DNA of 64,000 bases. Origin: Thermoanaerobaculia bacterium (GTDB lineage: Bacteria > Acidobacteriota > Thermoanaerobaculia > Multivoradales > Multivoraceae). A model generated the notes under the pieces. It was not told where the DNA came from. It ran no database searches and saw nothing but the letters and a program-made list of their open reading frames with translations. The DNA lies in contig OY761158.1 of the NCBI GenBank assembly GCA_963664405.1, positions 1,600,001 through 1,664,000 on the forward strand, given 5' to 3'. Below, one piece after another: positions 38,809 to 48,616 of this stretch (position 1 is the stretch's first letter; every line of letters begins with the position of its first letter). A program made the translations under genes and the position numbers.

Positions 38809-40074
38809 ATGAACACGAACATCAGTCGCCGTCACTTCCTCACCAGCCTCGGGGCGAGCGGGGCCGCCCTCGCCGCCAGCGGGGCCCGCTTCGCTTCGCC
38901 CGCCGCCGCCGCGATCCCGGGTGAGCGCCTCACCATCCACTCGGTCGACTGCTACCCGGTGAAGCTGTGGTCGGGAGCTCCTGCCCTCAGCACTTTCCCT
39001 TCGCGCCGCGGCGCCATCACCTCCGACTTCGACCCACGTCGCTGGCTCCCCTCGGGCCCCTTCGGGCAGCTGGGAGGTGCGACGGTGGTGGTGATTCGCA
39101 CCGACCAGGGGGTGACCGGTTACGGGTTGGGGTGTGGTGGGGCCGCCGCGGCCACCATCATCCACGGCCATCTACGTGATCTCCTGGTGGGGGCCGACGC
39201 ACGCAATGTCGAGATGCTGTGGGAGCAGCTCTACGGGTCGGGACTAGCCTACGGTCGGCGCGGTGTTTTTGTCATGGCTCTGAGTGGCATCGACAACGCG
39301 CTGTGGGACATCGCGGGCAAGGCCGCGGGCCTGCCGGTATGGCGCTTGCTGGGCGGCGTCCACAAAGAGCGGGTGCCGGCCTACTACACCGGGACTCTGG
39401 TCGAGCGGGGCCTGGACATGGGCTTCGAGAACTTCAAGCTGACGGGAATGCCGGCGATGTCGGAGGGGCGGGAGACGATGGCCCGCCTGCAGTCGGTGCT
39501 CGAGGAGGTGAGAGGCCAGATCGGCGACGAGCGCCGGCTGATGATCGACTGCTCGATGAAGTGGAACGACGTCGAGTTCACCATGGAGATGCACGATCGC
39601 CTGGCGCATCTCGGTCTCTACTTCATCGAGGAGCCGCTCTCGGCCGACGACATCCTGGGCTACGCCGAGCTCGTGCGACGTTTCGAAGGGCCGCTGGTGG
39701 CCTCCGGCGAGCACGAGTACACCCACTTCGGCTTCGAGATGCTCTTTCATCACGAAGCGGTCCAGGTCGTCCAGCCCGATGTCAGCTGGTGCGGCGGCAT
39801 CACCTCGCTGCGACGCATCAGCGTGATGGCCGAAGAGCGCGGCCTACCCTTCATCCCGCACCGTGGCGGCAGTCTCTTCGGCCTTCCCCTCGTTCTGACC
39901 TCTTCGAACGCGCCCATGGCCGAGAGCTTTGGCACCTTGGACGATGCAGCCAACGATCTGATGCTCGCCATGACCTCGCCCTTCGAGAGCGGACACTACC
40001 TGGCACCTTCCGGCCCTGGCTTCGGTACCGAGATCACCGAGGATCTGGTCAGGCGCCACCTGGCACCGGCATAA
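38809..40074 (+). CDS. Tat-exported mandelate racemase/enolase-superfamily dehydratase
   Basis: SRRHFL, DNALWD, IEEP, GEHE, QPD, PH. Confidence 0.88.
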   Translation: MNTNISRRHFLTSLGASGAALAASGARFASPAAAAIPGERLTIHSVDCYPVKLWSGAPALSTFPSRRGAITSDFDPRRWLPSGPFGQLGGATVVVIRTDQGVTGYGLGCGGAAAATIIHGHLRDLLVGADARNVEMLWEQLYGSGLAYGRRGVFVMALSGIDNALWDIAGKAAGLPVWRLLGGVHKERVPAYYTGTLVERGLDMGFENFKLTGMPAMSEGRETMARLQSVLEEVRGQIGDERRLMIDCSMKWNDVEFTMEMHDRLAHLGLYFIEEPLSADDILGYAELVRRFEGPLVASGEHEYTHFGFEMLFHHEAVQVVQPDVSWCGGITSLRRISVMAEERGLPFIPHRGGSLFGLPLVLTSSNAPMAESFGTLDDAANDLMLAMTSPFESGHYLAPSGPGFGTEITEDLVRRHLAPA

Positions 40075-40088
40075 GGAGTAACTACGCA

Positions 40089-41900
40089 ATGAGGAAACCT
40101 CTCGTATCGCCAAGCCTGCTGTTCGCAGCGTGTGCAGTTCTTTCAGTGGCCGCGGGGCCGGTCGTACCCCAAGCCGCATCGGGGCCCGACTTCGTTCCGG
40201 TAACCGACGCCATGCTGCAGAGCCCGAGCGACGACGACTGGCTGATGTGGCGGCGCACCCTCGACAGCTGGGCCTACAGCCCGCTAGACCAGATCAACCG
40301 CGAGAACGTGGGGGATCTCGCCCTGGTCTGGGCTCGAGGCATGACGGCCGGCATCCAGACCGGGACGCCGCTGGTCTACAACGGTGTCCTGTACATGCCG
40401 AACCCGAAGGATGTGATTCAAGCGATCGATGCGGTGACCGGCGACCTCATCTGGGAGTATCGCCGCGAGGTCCCGGACGACATCATGGGCTACCTCGGCG
40501 CCCTCGCCGAGAACAACCGCAACCTCGCGATCTACGACAATCTGATCATCGATACCAGCGTAGACGACTACATCTTCGCCCTCGACGCGAGAACGGGGGA
40601 GCTGGTCTGGGAGACCCAGATCCTCGATTACAAGAAGAAACCGGCGACTCAGGGCTCCGGCCCCATCATCGCCGACGGCAGAGCGATCTCGGGGCGCAGT
40701 TGCCGGCCGCTCGGTGGGCCGGACGCCTGTGTTATCACTGCGCACGACGCGAAAACCGGCAAGGAGCTGTGGCGGCGGCGGACCATTCCGGCGCCAGGCG
40801 AGCCTGGCAACGAGACCTGGGGTGACGTGCCCTTCGAAGAGCGAAAGCACGTCGGCAGCTGGACGGCGGCGAGCTACGATCCCCAGCTCGAGCTCATCTA
40901 TATGGGAACATCGGTGACTTCGCCGGCGCCGAAGTTCCTTCTGGGTGGCACTAATCTCAAGCACCTCTACCACAACTCGACCCTCGCGCTCGAGGTAGAT
41001 ACCGGGGAGATCAACTGGTACTACCAGCATCTCAACGACCACTGGGATTTAGACCATCCCTTCGAGCGCATCCTGGTCGACACCGCGGTGTCGCCCGACC
41101 GCAATGAAGTACCGTGGATCAATCCGCGTGTGCAGGCCGGTGAGGTCCGCAAAGTCATGACCGGGATTCCGGGCAAGACGGGTGTGGTCTACACCATCGA
41201 CCGCGAGACCGGGGAGTTTCTGTGGGCTACACCGACGGTGCCGCAGAACGTAATCAGCAACATAGACGGGGCCACGGGCGCCGTGACCGAGAACGAAGAA
41301 ACGGTCTTCACTGAGTTGGGGCAGACAATTCTGGTCTGCCCCACCTATGCAGGCGGTAGGGGCCCACAGGCCGGCGCTTACAGTCCGCTGACGAATATGA
41401 TCTACAACCCCTTACGCAACGCTTGCGCGCAGATGACTTCTGACCTTGCCGGGCGACTCCCCATCTACGCGCTCGACGCCACCCACCAGATGGCACCCGG
41501 CTTCGAGCTGCTGGGAAATGTTCGGGCGGTTTCGGTGGAGACCGGCAAGACAGCTTGGATCTACGAGCAGCCGGCCGCCACTATGTCGATCTTCACCAGC
41601 GGGGGCGGGCTGGTGTTCGGCGGGGACGTGAAGGGACGTTTCCGGGCCTGGGACCAGGAGACAGGCGAGGTGCTGTGGGAGGTCAATCTCGGCGCGATGG
41701 TCTCCGGCTATCCAATCAGCTATGGCGTCGACGGACGCCAATATATCGTCGCCTCGACCGGTAAATCGGTGCAGGGAATGAACGTCGAGGGGATCACGCC
41801 CACGGCCACCACGGTAACCGGCGATTCCTCCAGGGGCCTGCCCTCGAGGTACCCGAACAACCTCTTCGTATTCGCACTCCCTCGGTCAGCCAGTGAGTGA
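40089..41900 (+). CDS. Secreted PQQ-dependent alcohol-dehydrogenase-like enzyme
   Basis: ATG 40089 after AAGGAG; DWLMWRRT, YSPLDQIN, DHWDLD, GRQYI. Confidence 0.88.
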   Translation: MRKPLVSPSLLFAACAVLSVAAGPVVPQAASGPDFVPVTDAMLQSPSDDDWLMWRRTLDSWAYSPLDQINRENVGDLALVWARGMTAGIQTGTPLVYNGVLYMPNPKDVIQAIDAVTGDLIWEYRREVPDDIMGYLGALAENNRNLAIYDNLIIDTSVDDYIFALDARTGELVWETQILDYKKKPATQGSGPIIADGRAISGRSCRPLGGPDACVITAHDAKTGKELWRRRTIPAPGEPGNETWGDVPFEERKHVGSWTAASYDPQLELIYMGTSVTSPAPKFLLGGTNLKHLYHNSTLALEVDTGEINWYYQHLNDHWDLDHPFERILVDTAVSPDRNEVPWINPRVQAGEVRKVMTGIPGKTGVVYTIDRETGEFLWATPTVPQNVISNIDGATGAVTENEETVFTELGQTILVCPTYAGGRGPQAGAYSPLTNMIYNPLRNACAQMTSDLAGRLPIYALDATHQMAPGFELLGNVRAVSVETGKTAWIYEQPAATMSIFTSGGGLVFGGDVKGRFRAWDQETGEVLWEVNLGAMVSGYPISYGVDGRQYIVASTGKSVQGMNVEGITPTATTVTGDSSRGLPSRYPNNLFVFALPRSASE

Positions 41901-41943
41901 CGCGTCTGAAAGTACGGTCCGACCACCCGTATTACCGCACATC

Positions 41944-43140
41944 ATGACTAGACCAGCGTTTCCAAAGTTCGTGTGCAATAGCTCGAGGTCATTCTGTTCG
42001 CTGGCCAGGCGCGCCGACGCAGGCATATTGGGCAATATGTCGAGGAGGCGAAACGCCGTCAGCGGACAGAAGGGGCCGAGATATGTGCGCGAACTTTGGA
42101 AACGCTCGTCTAGCGCACAATTGAAAATCAACGCCGTGCTCGTCGCACTAGCCGCCTGTTTGACCGCCGGGCTGCTGCACGCTGCAGATCCCATCACCAC
42201 AGACACCCACCGCTTCATCGAAATTAGAAACGGGATTTACCTGGCGCAAACGACGGCGTCGGTGTTCAACAGCAACTCGTTGGTTGTCGTCAACGACCAG
42301 GATGTCGTGGTGGTGGATTCCCATGCCACTCCGGCCAAAGCACGCGATCTCGTCGCTTCGATCAAGGCGATCACCCCGAAGCCCGTGACCGCGCTGATCA
42401 ACTCCCACCATCATTGGGACCACACCAACGGCAATCAGGAGTTCGCCGACATTCCGATCATCGGCCATGAGTTCACCTATATGAAACTGGCGATCGCGCC
42501 GCGTGAAGAGGTCAGCCGTCACCGTGGTCTCAGCCGCCAGAATGGAGAATTGGCTCAGTTGAGGGAACAGATCGCGTCCGTCGAGGACGACGAGGAGAAA
42601 AAACGACTCGAGACCCAAGCGGCGGTGCTCGGCGCGCACCTTGGCGACTTCGACGAGGTCGATCCGACGCCACCCAATGTGACTATCAGCGACCGCATGA
42701 CGCTCTATCGAGAGAAGCGCGAGATCCAGGTAATCTTCACTGGGCGCGCTCATACAGGGGGTGACGTCGTCGTCTACTTTCCCCAGGACAGGCTCGTCTT
42801 CACCGGCGATATGGCGCTAGGAGGGCCGTCATTCATGGGCGACGGGTTCGTCGATGAGTGGCCCCAGACCATGGAGAATCTCAAAGCGCTCGATTTCGAC
42901 ATCTTCGTTCCTGGCCACGGCAAGCCGGTCACCGACTTGAGAAGAATCGATCTCGTTCAGGAGTACTACAGAGACCTTTGGAAGAAGACGGCCGCCAAGC
43001 ATGCCGCAGGGGTGAGCCCGGAGGAGGCTGCCCGCACCATCGACATGACCAATCACACCGAGATCCCCATCCCAGAGCCGGGCGTGAACCTCCTGGCAGT
43101 AGAACGGATGTACACTCGGCTGGAGAGGCTCCAGAAATGA
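41944..43140 (+). CDS. MBL-fold hydrolase (cyclase-like) with 54-aa in-frame repeat insertion after codon 2
   Basis: SHHHWDH, AHTGGD, FTGD, VPGHG. Confidence 0.85.
   Translation: MTRPAFPKFVCNSSRSFCSLARRADAGILGNMSRRRNAVSGQKGPRYVRELWKRSSSAQLKINAVLVALAACLTAGLLHAADPITTDTHRFIEIRNGIYLAQTTASVFNSNSLVVVNDQDVVVVDSHATPAKARDLVASIKAITPKPVTALINSHHHWDHTNGNQEFADIPIIGHEFTYMKLAIAPREEVSRHRGLSRQNGELAQLREQIASVEDDEEKKRLETQAAVLGAHLGDFDEVDPTPPNVTISDRMTLYREKREIQVIFTGRAHTGGDVVVYFPQDRLVFTGDMALGGPSFMGDGFVDEWPQTMENLKALDFDIFVPGHGKPVTDLRRIDLVQEYYRDLWKKTAAKHAAGVSPEEAARTIDMTNHTEIPIPEPGVNLLAVERMYTRLERLQK
41948..42113. mobile_element. Family A element copy 4 (in frame)
   Basis: 166 bp, CTAG ends. Confidence 0.92.
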
Positions 43141-43230
43141 TGGCTATCATTTCCTCCGCCTCTAGTTGTCTTTTGGCGCCGAGGACGGCGCACTTTGAGC
43201 TTGCTTCCTATTCGCTCCGGGAAACGGCTC
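43126..43230. repeat. Family B repeat copy (supplies TGA stop of MBL gene)
   Basis: Near reverse complement of ~45135..45238. Confidence 0.85.
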
Positions 43231-43394
43231 AGACAGATTCTGCAAGTCTCGGGTGAGGTTGGCGCGGAGAAATACTCGCTTGTCCGAATACTCGCCCGCG
43301 CTCAATCCTGACTGAGAGTCGATGTCCTCGCGCCATCTCCGGCGCTCGAGCCGGGTTAGTATCTGAAAACCACCACACCAAGGAGGGCGTCACG

Positions 43395-44867
43395 ATGAGC
43401 AAGAAGCAGACCCGCCGGGAGTTTCTACAGCAGTCTTCTCGCCTGGTAGCCGGCACGGCTCTGGCGGGGCAGGCAGCGACACGCGCCGGTGCCCAACAGG
43501 AGAGGCCGCCCAACCTCCTCTTCTTCTTCCCCGACCAGCACCGTCCCGACTGGATCGGCTACGGCCCCAACGCGCTGCCCATCTCGACTCCGAACCTCGC
43601 GCGCCTGGCTCGCACCGGCGTGAGCTTCAACCGGGCCGTCGTCTCCTCGCCCGTCTGCGCGCCCTCGCGTGCCTGCCTCGCCGGCGGACGCGAGTACGAC
43701 CGCTGCGGCGTGCGCAAGAACGGCATCCCGTATCCACGAGATCGCACCACCTACTACCGTCTGCTGCGCGACGCGGGCTACCACACCATGGGAGTCGGCA
43801 AGCTCGACCTGGCACAAGGCACCAGGGACTGGGGCTCGATGCACGCCGACGCCTGGGGCTTTTCGGCAATGATCAACAACGCCGGCAAGGCCGCGGGCAT
43901 GGGGGCCTACCTCAGTGACCCGGTCGGACCCAAGGGCCCTTACTACGAATATCTCGACTCTCTCGAGCCACCTCGAGGCCGCGCCTGCGCCGAAGACCTT
44001 GCACGGCGCAGCTCCAACCGTCCCGACGGCTGGTGGGGTGCCGGTACCCCTTCGCCGCTCGGAAACGACGCTTACTGCGACAACTGGATCGCGCGCAACG
44101 GCTTGAAGCTGCTCCGGGAGGCACCGGCCGAGCGGCCGTGGCATCTGGTCATCAACTTCGTCGGCCCGCACCCCTCGTTCGACATCACCCGCGAGATGGA
44201 ACGAACTGTCCGTGGTCCGGATCGGATCATCAAAGGGCTGCCGACGCCGCATCACTACCACAAGGGGACGTTCAGCGCTGAAATGCACGTACGCTCGAGG
44301 CAAAACTACACCGCCATGATCGAGAACATCGACGGCTGGCTCGGCCGTTACATCGACATGCTCGAAGAGACCGGTCAGCTGGAGAACACGATCATCGTCT
44401 ACAGCTCCGATCATGGCGAGATGTTGGGAGACCACGCCCGCTGGGGCAAGTCAGTGCCCTATCAGGCGTCCCTCGGAGTGCCGCTCCTGGCCGCGGGGCC
44501 CGGCATCCGCGCCGGCTTCGAAAGCGACGCGCTAGTGACGATCATGGATCTGGCAGCGACCTTTCTCGACTACGGTGGGGTCAACGTTCCCTCCGATATG
44601 GACAGCCGCTCGCTGCGACCGCTGCTTGAGGGCCGGACCGACAACCACCGCGACGCTTTGCTCTCCGGTCTGTTGACTCCTGAGGGCGACTGGCGACTGG
44701 TGTGGGACGGCCGCTACAAACTAGTACGAGACTTCGGCGACGAGCAATATCAGCTCTTTGACCTCGAGGCCGACCCTCTCGAGACTCTCAACCTGGCTTC
44801 TCGCGAGGCCGGCCGCGCGCGCCGCATGAAAGACTGGCTACCGGAGGGCTTCGAGGAGTCCGCCTAG
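43395..44867 (+). CDS. Tat-exported sulfatase
   Basis: TRREFL, CAPSRA, SDHGEMLGDH. Confidence 0.92.
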   Translation: MSKKQTRREFLQQSSRLVAGTALAGQAATRAGAQQERPPNLLFFFPDQHRPDWIGYGPNALPISTPNLARLARTGVSFNRAVVSSPVCAPSRACLAGGREYDRCGVRKNGIPYPRDRTTYYRLLRDAGYHTMGVGKLDLAQGTRDWGSMHADAWGFSAMINNAGKAAGMGAYLSDPVGPKGPYYEYLDSLEPPRGRACAEDLARRSSNRPDGWWGAGTPSPLGNDAYCDNWIARNGLKLLREAPAERPWHLVINFVGPHPSFDITREMERTVRGPDRIIKGLPTPHHYHKGTFSAEMHVRSRQNYTAMIENIDGWLGRYIDMLEETGQLENTIIVYSSDHGEMLGDHARWGKSVPYQASLGVPLLAAGPGIRAGFESDALVTIMDLAATFLDYGGVNVPSDMDSRSLRPLLEGRTDNHRDALLSGLLTPEGDWRLVWDGRYKLVRDFGDEQYQLFDLEADPLETLNLASREAGRARRMKDWLPEGFEESA

Positions 44868-45240
44868 CCGAGGAAAAATGATGAGTATCATTCCCCTCGG
44901 CTAGCTATCTTTTGGCGCCGAGGACGGCGCACTTTGAGCTTGCTTCTTATTCGCTCCGGGTATCGTTGTCGTTTGAGGCTAGAGGAGTCTGCGCGGCAGA
45001 AAACGAAACGGCGCTGCCCGAAGCGGATAAGAAGCAAGTCCCGAGTGCGCCGTCCTCGGCGCCAAAAGATAACTAGCCGCAGGAAATGATACCCATCATT
45101 TCCGGAGGCTAGGAGCGTGTCCGAGTATTCGGCCAGAGCCGTTTCCCGGAGCGAATAGGAAGCAACGCCTGAGTGCGCCGTCCTCGGCGCCAAAAGACAA
45201 CTAGGCGGAGGAAATGATAGCCATCATTTCTGGAGCCTAG
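44864..45240. repeat. Family B cluster: three hairpin+module units, the first two forming a ~250-bp inverted repeat
   Basis: Hairpins at 44864-44904, 45073-45112 and 45201-45240, each bounded by CTAG. Confidence 0.9.
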
Positions 45241-46334
45241 CGGCCGTGCCTCTTGTACCACTGCTCCTCCAACATTCGCGCCCCGAGCAGGGTACCTCGC
45301 ATCGAGTAGTTGCCCTCGTGGCAGGCAACTTCGTAGATGAGATCGTCGCTCCGCGGCATCGGTAGCGAACCGCCGTAGGGGGCGGCATAGTCGTGGTCGT
45401 CGATCCTGAACTCGTAGAACAGGGTGCCGGCGTCCTGCCGCGTGAAGCGCTCGACGACGTGGAGCCCCTCGTGGGGCGTGTCCCAAGAGCGAAGGAAATT
45501 AGTGGTGTCGACCACCAGGGTGTCGCCCTCCCACCATCCGATCGAGTCGCCCGAAAAGGAACGGACTCGAGGAGGCGCATGCTCGACGGGGCGCCCCTCC
45601 GAGTCGAGGCGGATAACGCGAGCCCAGTGCATCTGCTCGACCTGGATGACGACGTGATTCTCGGTTTGGATGATCTTCTGGAAGTTGTTGTAGGGCGCTG
45701 GCAGCATAGGCACGGTGCGCGATCCAGCGTAGATACAGCGCGTGCCTAGGCCTAGCATCTCGGGATGGTCGAAGATCCGATGGTCCCCAAAGGTGTAGGT
45801 CAGGGCCTTACCGTCGGGGCCGATAACGCCCTCCGCGAGCCACCAGGCACTGTCGGGATCCGAGGGCCCATTGTAGTCGTTGAAGGCGAAAGGGAGCCGA
45901 TGCTTCCTCCCCTGTGCGCTCAAAGACGGCATGCGACCGTCCGCTGGCTCGGTGAGGATCGAGTTGCGGTACTTCCCGTCGACGCTAAAGGCCGTTTCGC
46001 CCCCGTCGATAAATACCTTCCAGCCACCTCCGACGTTCTGAAACTCGTTCTTACCTCCTTTGACCGGCGCAACGCGATTCGGATCGCTGTCGGAGAGCCA
46101 GAACCTCCTCCATTCCGCCAGGGCCTCCTCGATCTCCCTCGCACCTTCGGCGCTCATGTGGGGATCGTTGCCGTACTTTGCACTACGTGTGATGGGCGTC
46201 CGTGTCTTGATGTCGTAGGTTCCCGACAGATCCGGCTTGCCGCTCAGCATGCGCGGAAGGTCGTCCTCGGCACCCAGAAGCGGGGCACACGGGAGGCCAA
46301 GAAGTACAACAACCGCCAGGAATTTCGTCATCAT
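45237..46334 (-). CDS. ACHEGN protein, copy 3
   Basis: GKPDLSG, LGTRC, EQMHW, YEVACHEGNY. Confidence 0.85.
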   Translation of the reverse strand: MMTKFLAVVVLLGLPCAPLLGAEDDLPRMLSGKPDLSGTYDIKTRTPITRSAKYGNDPHMSAEGAREIEEALAEWRRFWLSDSDPNRVAPVKGGKNEFQNVGGGWKVFIDGGETAFSVDGKYRNSILTEPADGRMPSLSAQGRKHRLPFAFNDYNGPSDPDSAWWLAEGVIGPDGKALTYTFGDHRIFDHPEMLGLGTRCIYAGSRTVPMLPAPYNNFQKIIQTENHVVIQVEQMHWARVIRLDSEGRPVEHAPPRVRSFSGDSIGWWEGDTLVVDTTNFLRSWDTPHEGLHVVERFTRQDAGTLFYEFRIDDHDYAAPYGGSLPMPRSDDLIYEVACHEGNYSMRGTLLGARMLEEQWYKRHGR

Positions 46335-46606
46335 TGGTCAACCCCCGGGAGTGACCCGCGGGTATTCTCTCATGCGTTGAGTATCATGGCGCGCTGTCAG
46401 GTACGCAGAGCGATTTTCGGGTGGCACCACGGGCCCCGGGCCGGGGGGAGGCGGCGATGGTCCCGGGAAGCTCGTCTGCTATGATTACCAGTCTGTCAAT
46501 AGACGACACATCCCGTCAATGATGGGGTCGATCTCTTCCCTCGACACCACCGCTGCCGCCGAGCGGCCATAGCCAGTCCTACGGAACGACGTCAGCGGAG
46601 AATACT

Positions 46607-48616
46607 ATGCGCTTCGTCGTTCATACTGAGGCCATGCCGCTCCTACTCGCCGGACTCGCCGCCTGCCTAGTGGGCACGGCGGCCCTCGGCCAGCACGGGG
46701 CGAGCGACGGCGAATGGCGACAGCACGGCGGCGGCGACGGCTCTACGAGGTACTCGGCTCTGAGCCAGATCGACGCTGGGAACTTTTCGCAGCTCGAGGT
46801 GGCCTGGCGTTGGGAGTCGGCGGACAAGCGCATCAAGGAGAAGGCTCCTTATAAGCGCGGGGTCTTCCGTTCCACACCTCTGATGGTGGGCGGTCGAATC
46901 TACGTGCCGACGGAGCTCAGCCAGGTGGCGGCCCTGGACGCGGGGACGGGAGAAGAGCTCTGGGTCTATGACCCGAAGAGCTACGAAGCGGGGAAGCCGG
47001 GGCAGGGCAACTACTACACCCGCGGCCTCGAGTATTGGACCGACGGCGAGGCCGGTGGAATAGAGCGCATCCTCATTGCGACCATTGGCCGCCAGCTAGT
47101 CTCGATCGACGCCAAGAGCGGAAAGCCCGACCCGCTCTTCGGCGAAGACGGCATCGTCGATCTGTCGCGCGATCTGGGGCGCCAGAACGTTGTCATCCGC
47201 AACATCTCCCATGGCCAACCGGGGATCGTGATCCGCGACACCTATGTCGTCGGCTCGAGAATCAACGATTTCCCTCAACGTAATAACAACCCCCCGGGCC
47301 ACGTACGTGCCTACGACGTGCGCACGGGTGCTCTCAAGTGGCGCTTCAACACCATCCCGGAGGAGGGCGAGGACTTCGTCGACACCTGGGAGAACGATTC
47401 CTGGAAGGTGACGGGCAACACCAATGTTTGGGCGGCGCTCAGTGGAGACGAGGAGCTGGGCTACGTCTACTTTGCCACCAGCACTCCGACCAGCGACTAC
47501 TACGGTGGTCTCCGCCACGGAGACAACGTCTATGCGGAGAGTCTGGTGTGCGTCGACGCTGAGACGGGCAAACGGGTCTGGCACTTTCAGACCGTGCATC
47601 ATGGCATCTGGGACTACGACATCGCGTCGGCTCCCGTTCTGCTCGACGTCGTGGTCGATGGCCGACTGGTCAAGGCTGTGGCGCAGGTGTCGAAGACCGC
47701 GTTCACCTATGTCTTCGACCGTGCGACCGGGGAGCCGCTATGGCCGATCGAGGAGCGACCGGTGAACTGGCACACCACGGTTCCCGGCGAGAAGCTGGCG
47801 AAGACCCAGCCCTTTCCCACCAAACCGCCGCCCTTCGATCGGCAGGGCGTCCGCGTCGACGACCTCATCGACTTCACGCCCGAGTTGAGGAAGGAAGCGC
47901 TCGAGATCCTCGAACAGTACGAGTACGGGCCGATGATGTTTCCGCCATTGATCCTGGCGGGCGGGGAGAAGAAGGGGACCCTGTTCTTACCCGGGGCCGG
48001 AGGCGGAGCCAACCATCCCGGTGCCGCGGCCGATCCGGAAACCGGCCTGCTCTACGTACAGTCGCGCACCGCGCCCTTCGCGATGGCCCTGGTCCGACCG
48101 GACCCCTCCCGGTCCGATTGGAAGTATGTGCACAGCCGGGTAGGAAGCGAAGGACCCCAGGGCCTGCCCCTCTTCAAACCTCCGTATCGACGCATCACGG
48201 CGATCGATCTGAAGCTGGGGGAGCTCGCCTGGCAGGCCCCATTGGGCGAAGGTCCGACCGGGCACCCCGCGATCAAGCATCTCAACCTCGGGCCACTGGG
48301 TGGTGGCAGTACCAGTGTCGTCGACGAAGGCGGGCTTCTGGTCACCAAGACACTGCTGATCACCTTCGCCGGTAAGCTCGACGAAAGAGGCAAGCGCTTC
48401 CGCGATGGATCGGGAGGCGCCTATCTCAAGGCCTACGACAAGGCGACGGGTAAACTGCTGGCCGAAGTCGACGTCGATCGCAGCCTGCACAGCTCGCCGA
48501 TGACCTATCTCGACCAAGGGCGCCAGTACATTGTCGTTGCCGGCGGCGGGGTGAGTGAGAAGGCGGAGCTCATCGCGTTCGCGCTGCCAGAGACCGAGGA
48601 AGGGCAAAGACCATGA
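46607..48616 (+). CDS. Secreted PQQ-dependent dehydrogenase, paralog of 2039..4033
   Basis: Same motifs, long identical stretches. Confidence 0.9.
   Translation: MRFVVHTEAMPLLLAGLAACLVGTAALGQHGASDGEWRQHGGGDGSTRYSALSQIDAGNFSQLEVAWRWESADKRIKEKAPYKRGVFRSTPLMVGGRIYVPTELSQVAALDAGTGEELWVYDPKSYEAGKPGQGNYYTRGLEYWTDGEAGGIERILIATIGRQLVSIDAKSGKPDPLFGEDGIVDLSRDLGRQNVVIRNISHGQPGIVIRDTYVVGSRINDFPQRNNNPPGHVRAYDVRTGALKWRFNTIPEEGEDFVDTWENDSWKVTGNTNVWAALSGDEELGYVYFATSTPTSDYYGGLRHGDNVYAESLVCVDAETGKRVWHFQTVHHGIWDYDIASAPVLLDVVVDGRLVKAVAQVSKTAFTYVFDRATGEPLWPIEERPVNWHTTVPGEKLAKTQPFPTKPPPFDRQGVRVDDLIDFTPELRKEALEILEQYEYGPMMFPPLILAGGEKKGTLFLPGAGGGANHPGAAADPETGLLYVQSRTAPFAMALVRPDPSRSDWKYVHSRVGSEGPQGLPLFKPPYRRITAIDLKLGELAWQAPLGEGPTGHPAIKHLNLGPLGGGSTSVVDEGGLLVTKTLLITFAGKLDERGKRFRDGSGGAYLKAYDKATGKLLAEVDVDRSLHSSPMTYLDQGRQYIVVAGGGVSEKAELIAFALPETEEGQRP

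Noticed and set aside
39219-40088. N-terminal 290 aa of the 893-aa ORF as a fusion domain
   Set aside because: Out-of-frame overlap of the dehydratase gene; RBS, ATG and signal peptide are at 40089
40089-41900. Lanthanide-dependent XoxF/ExaF call from the DxD motif
   Set aside because: DxD also occurs in non-lanthanide PQQ enzymes and the vicinal CC is absent; cannot be assigned by eye
44864-45240. CRISPR array
   Set aside because: Units are in mixed orientation with irregular spacing, have no unique equal-length spacers, and no cas genes are present
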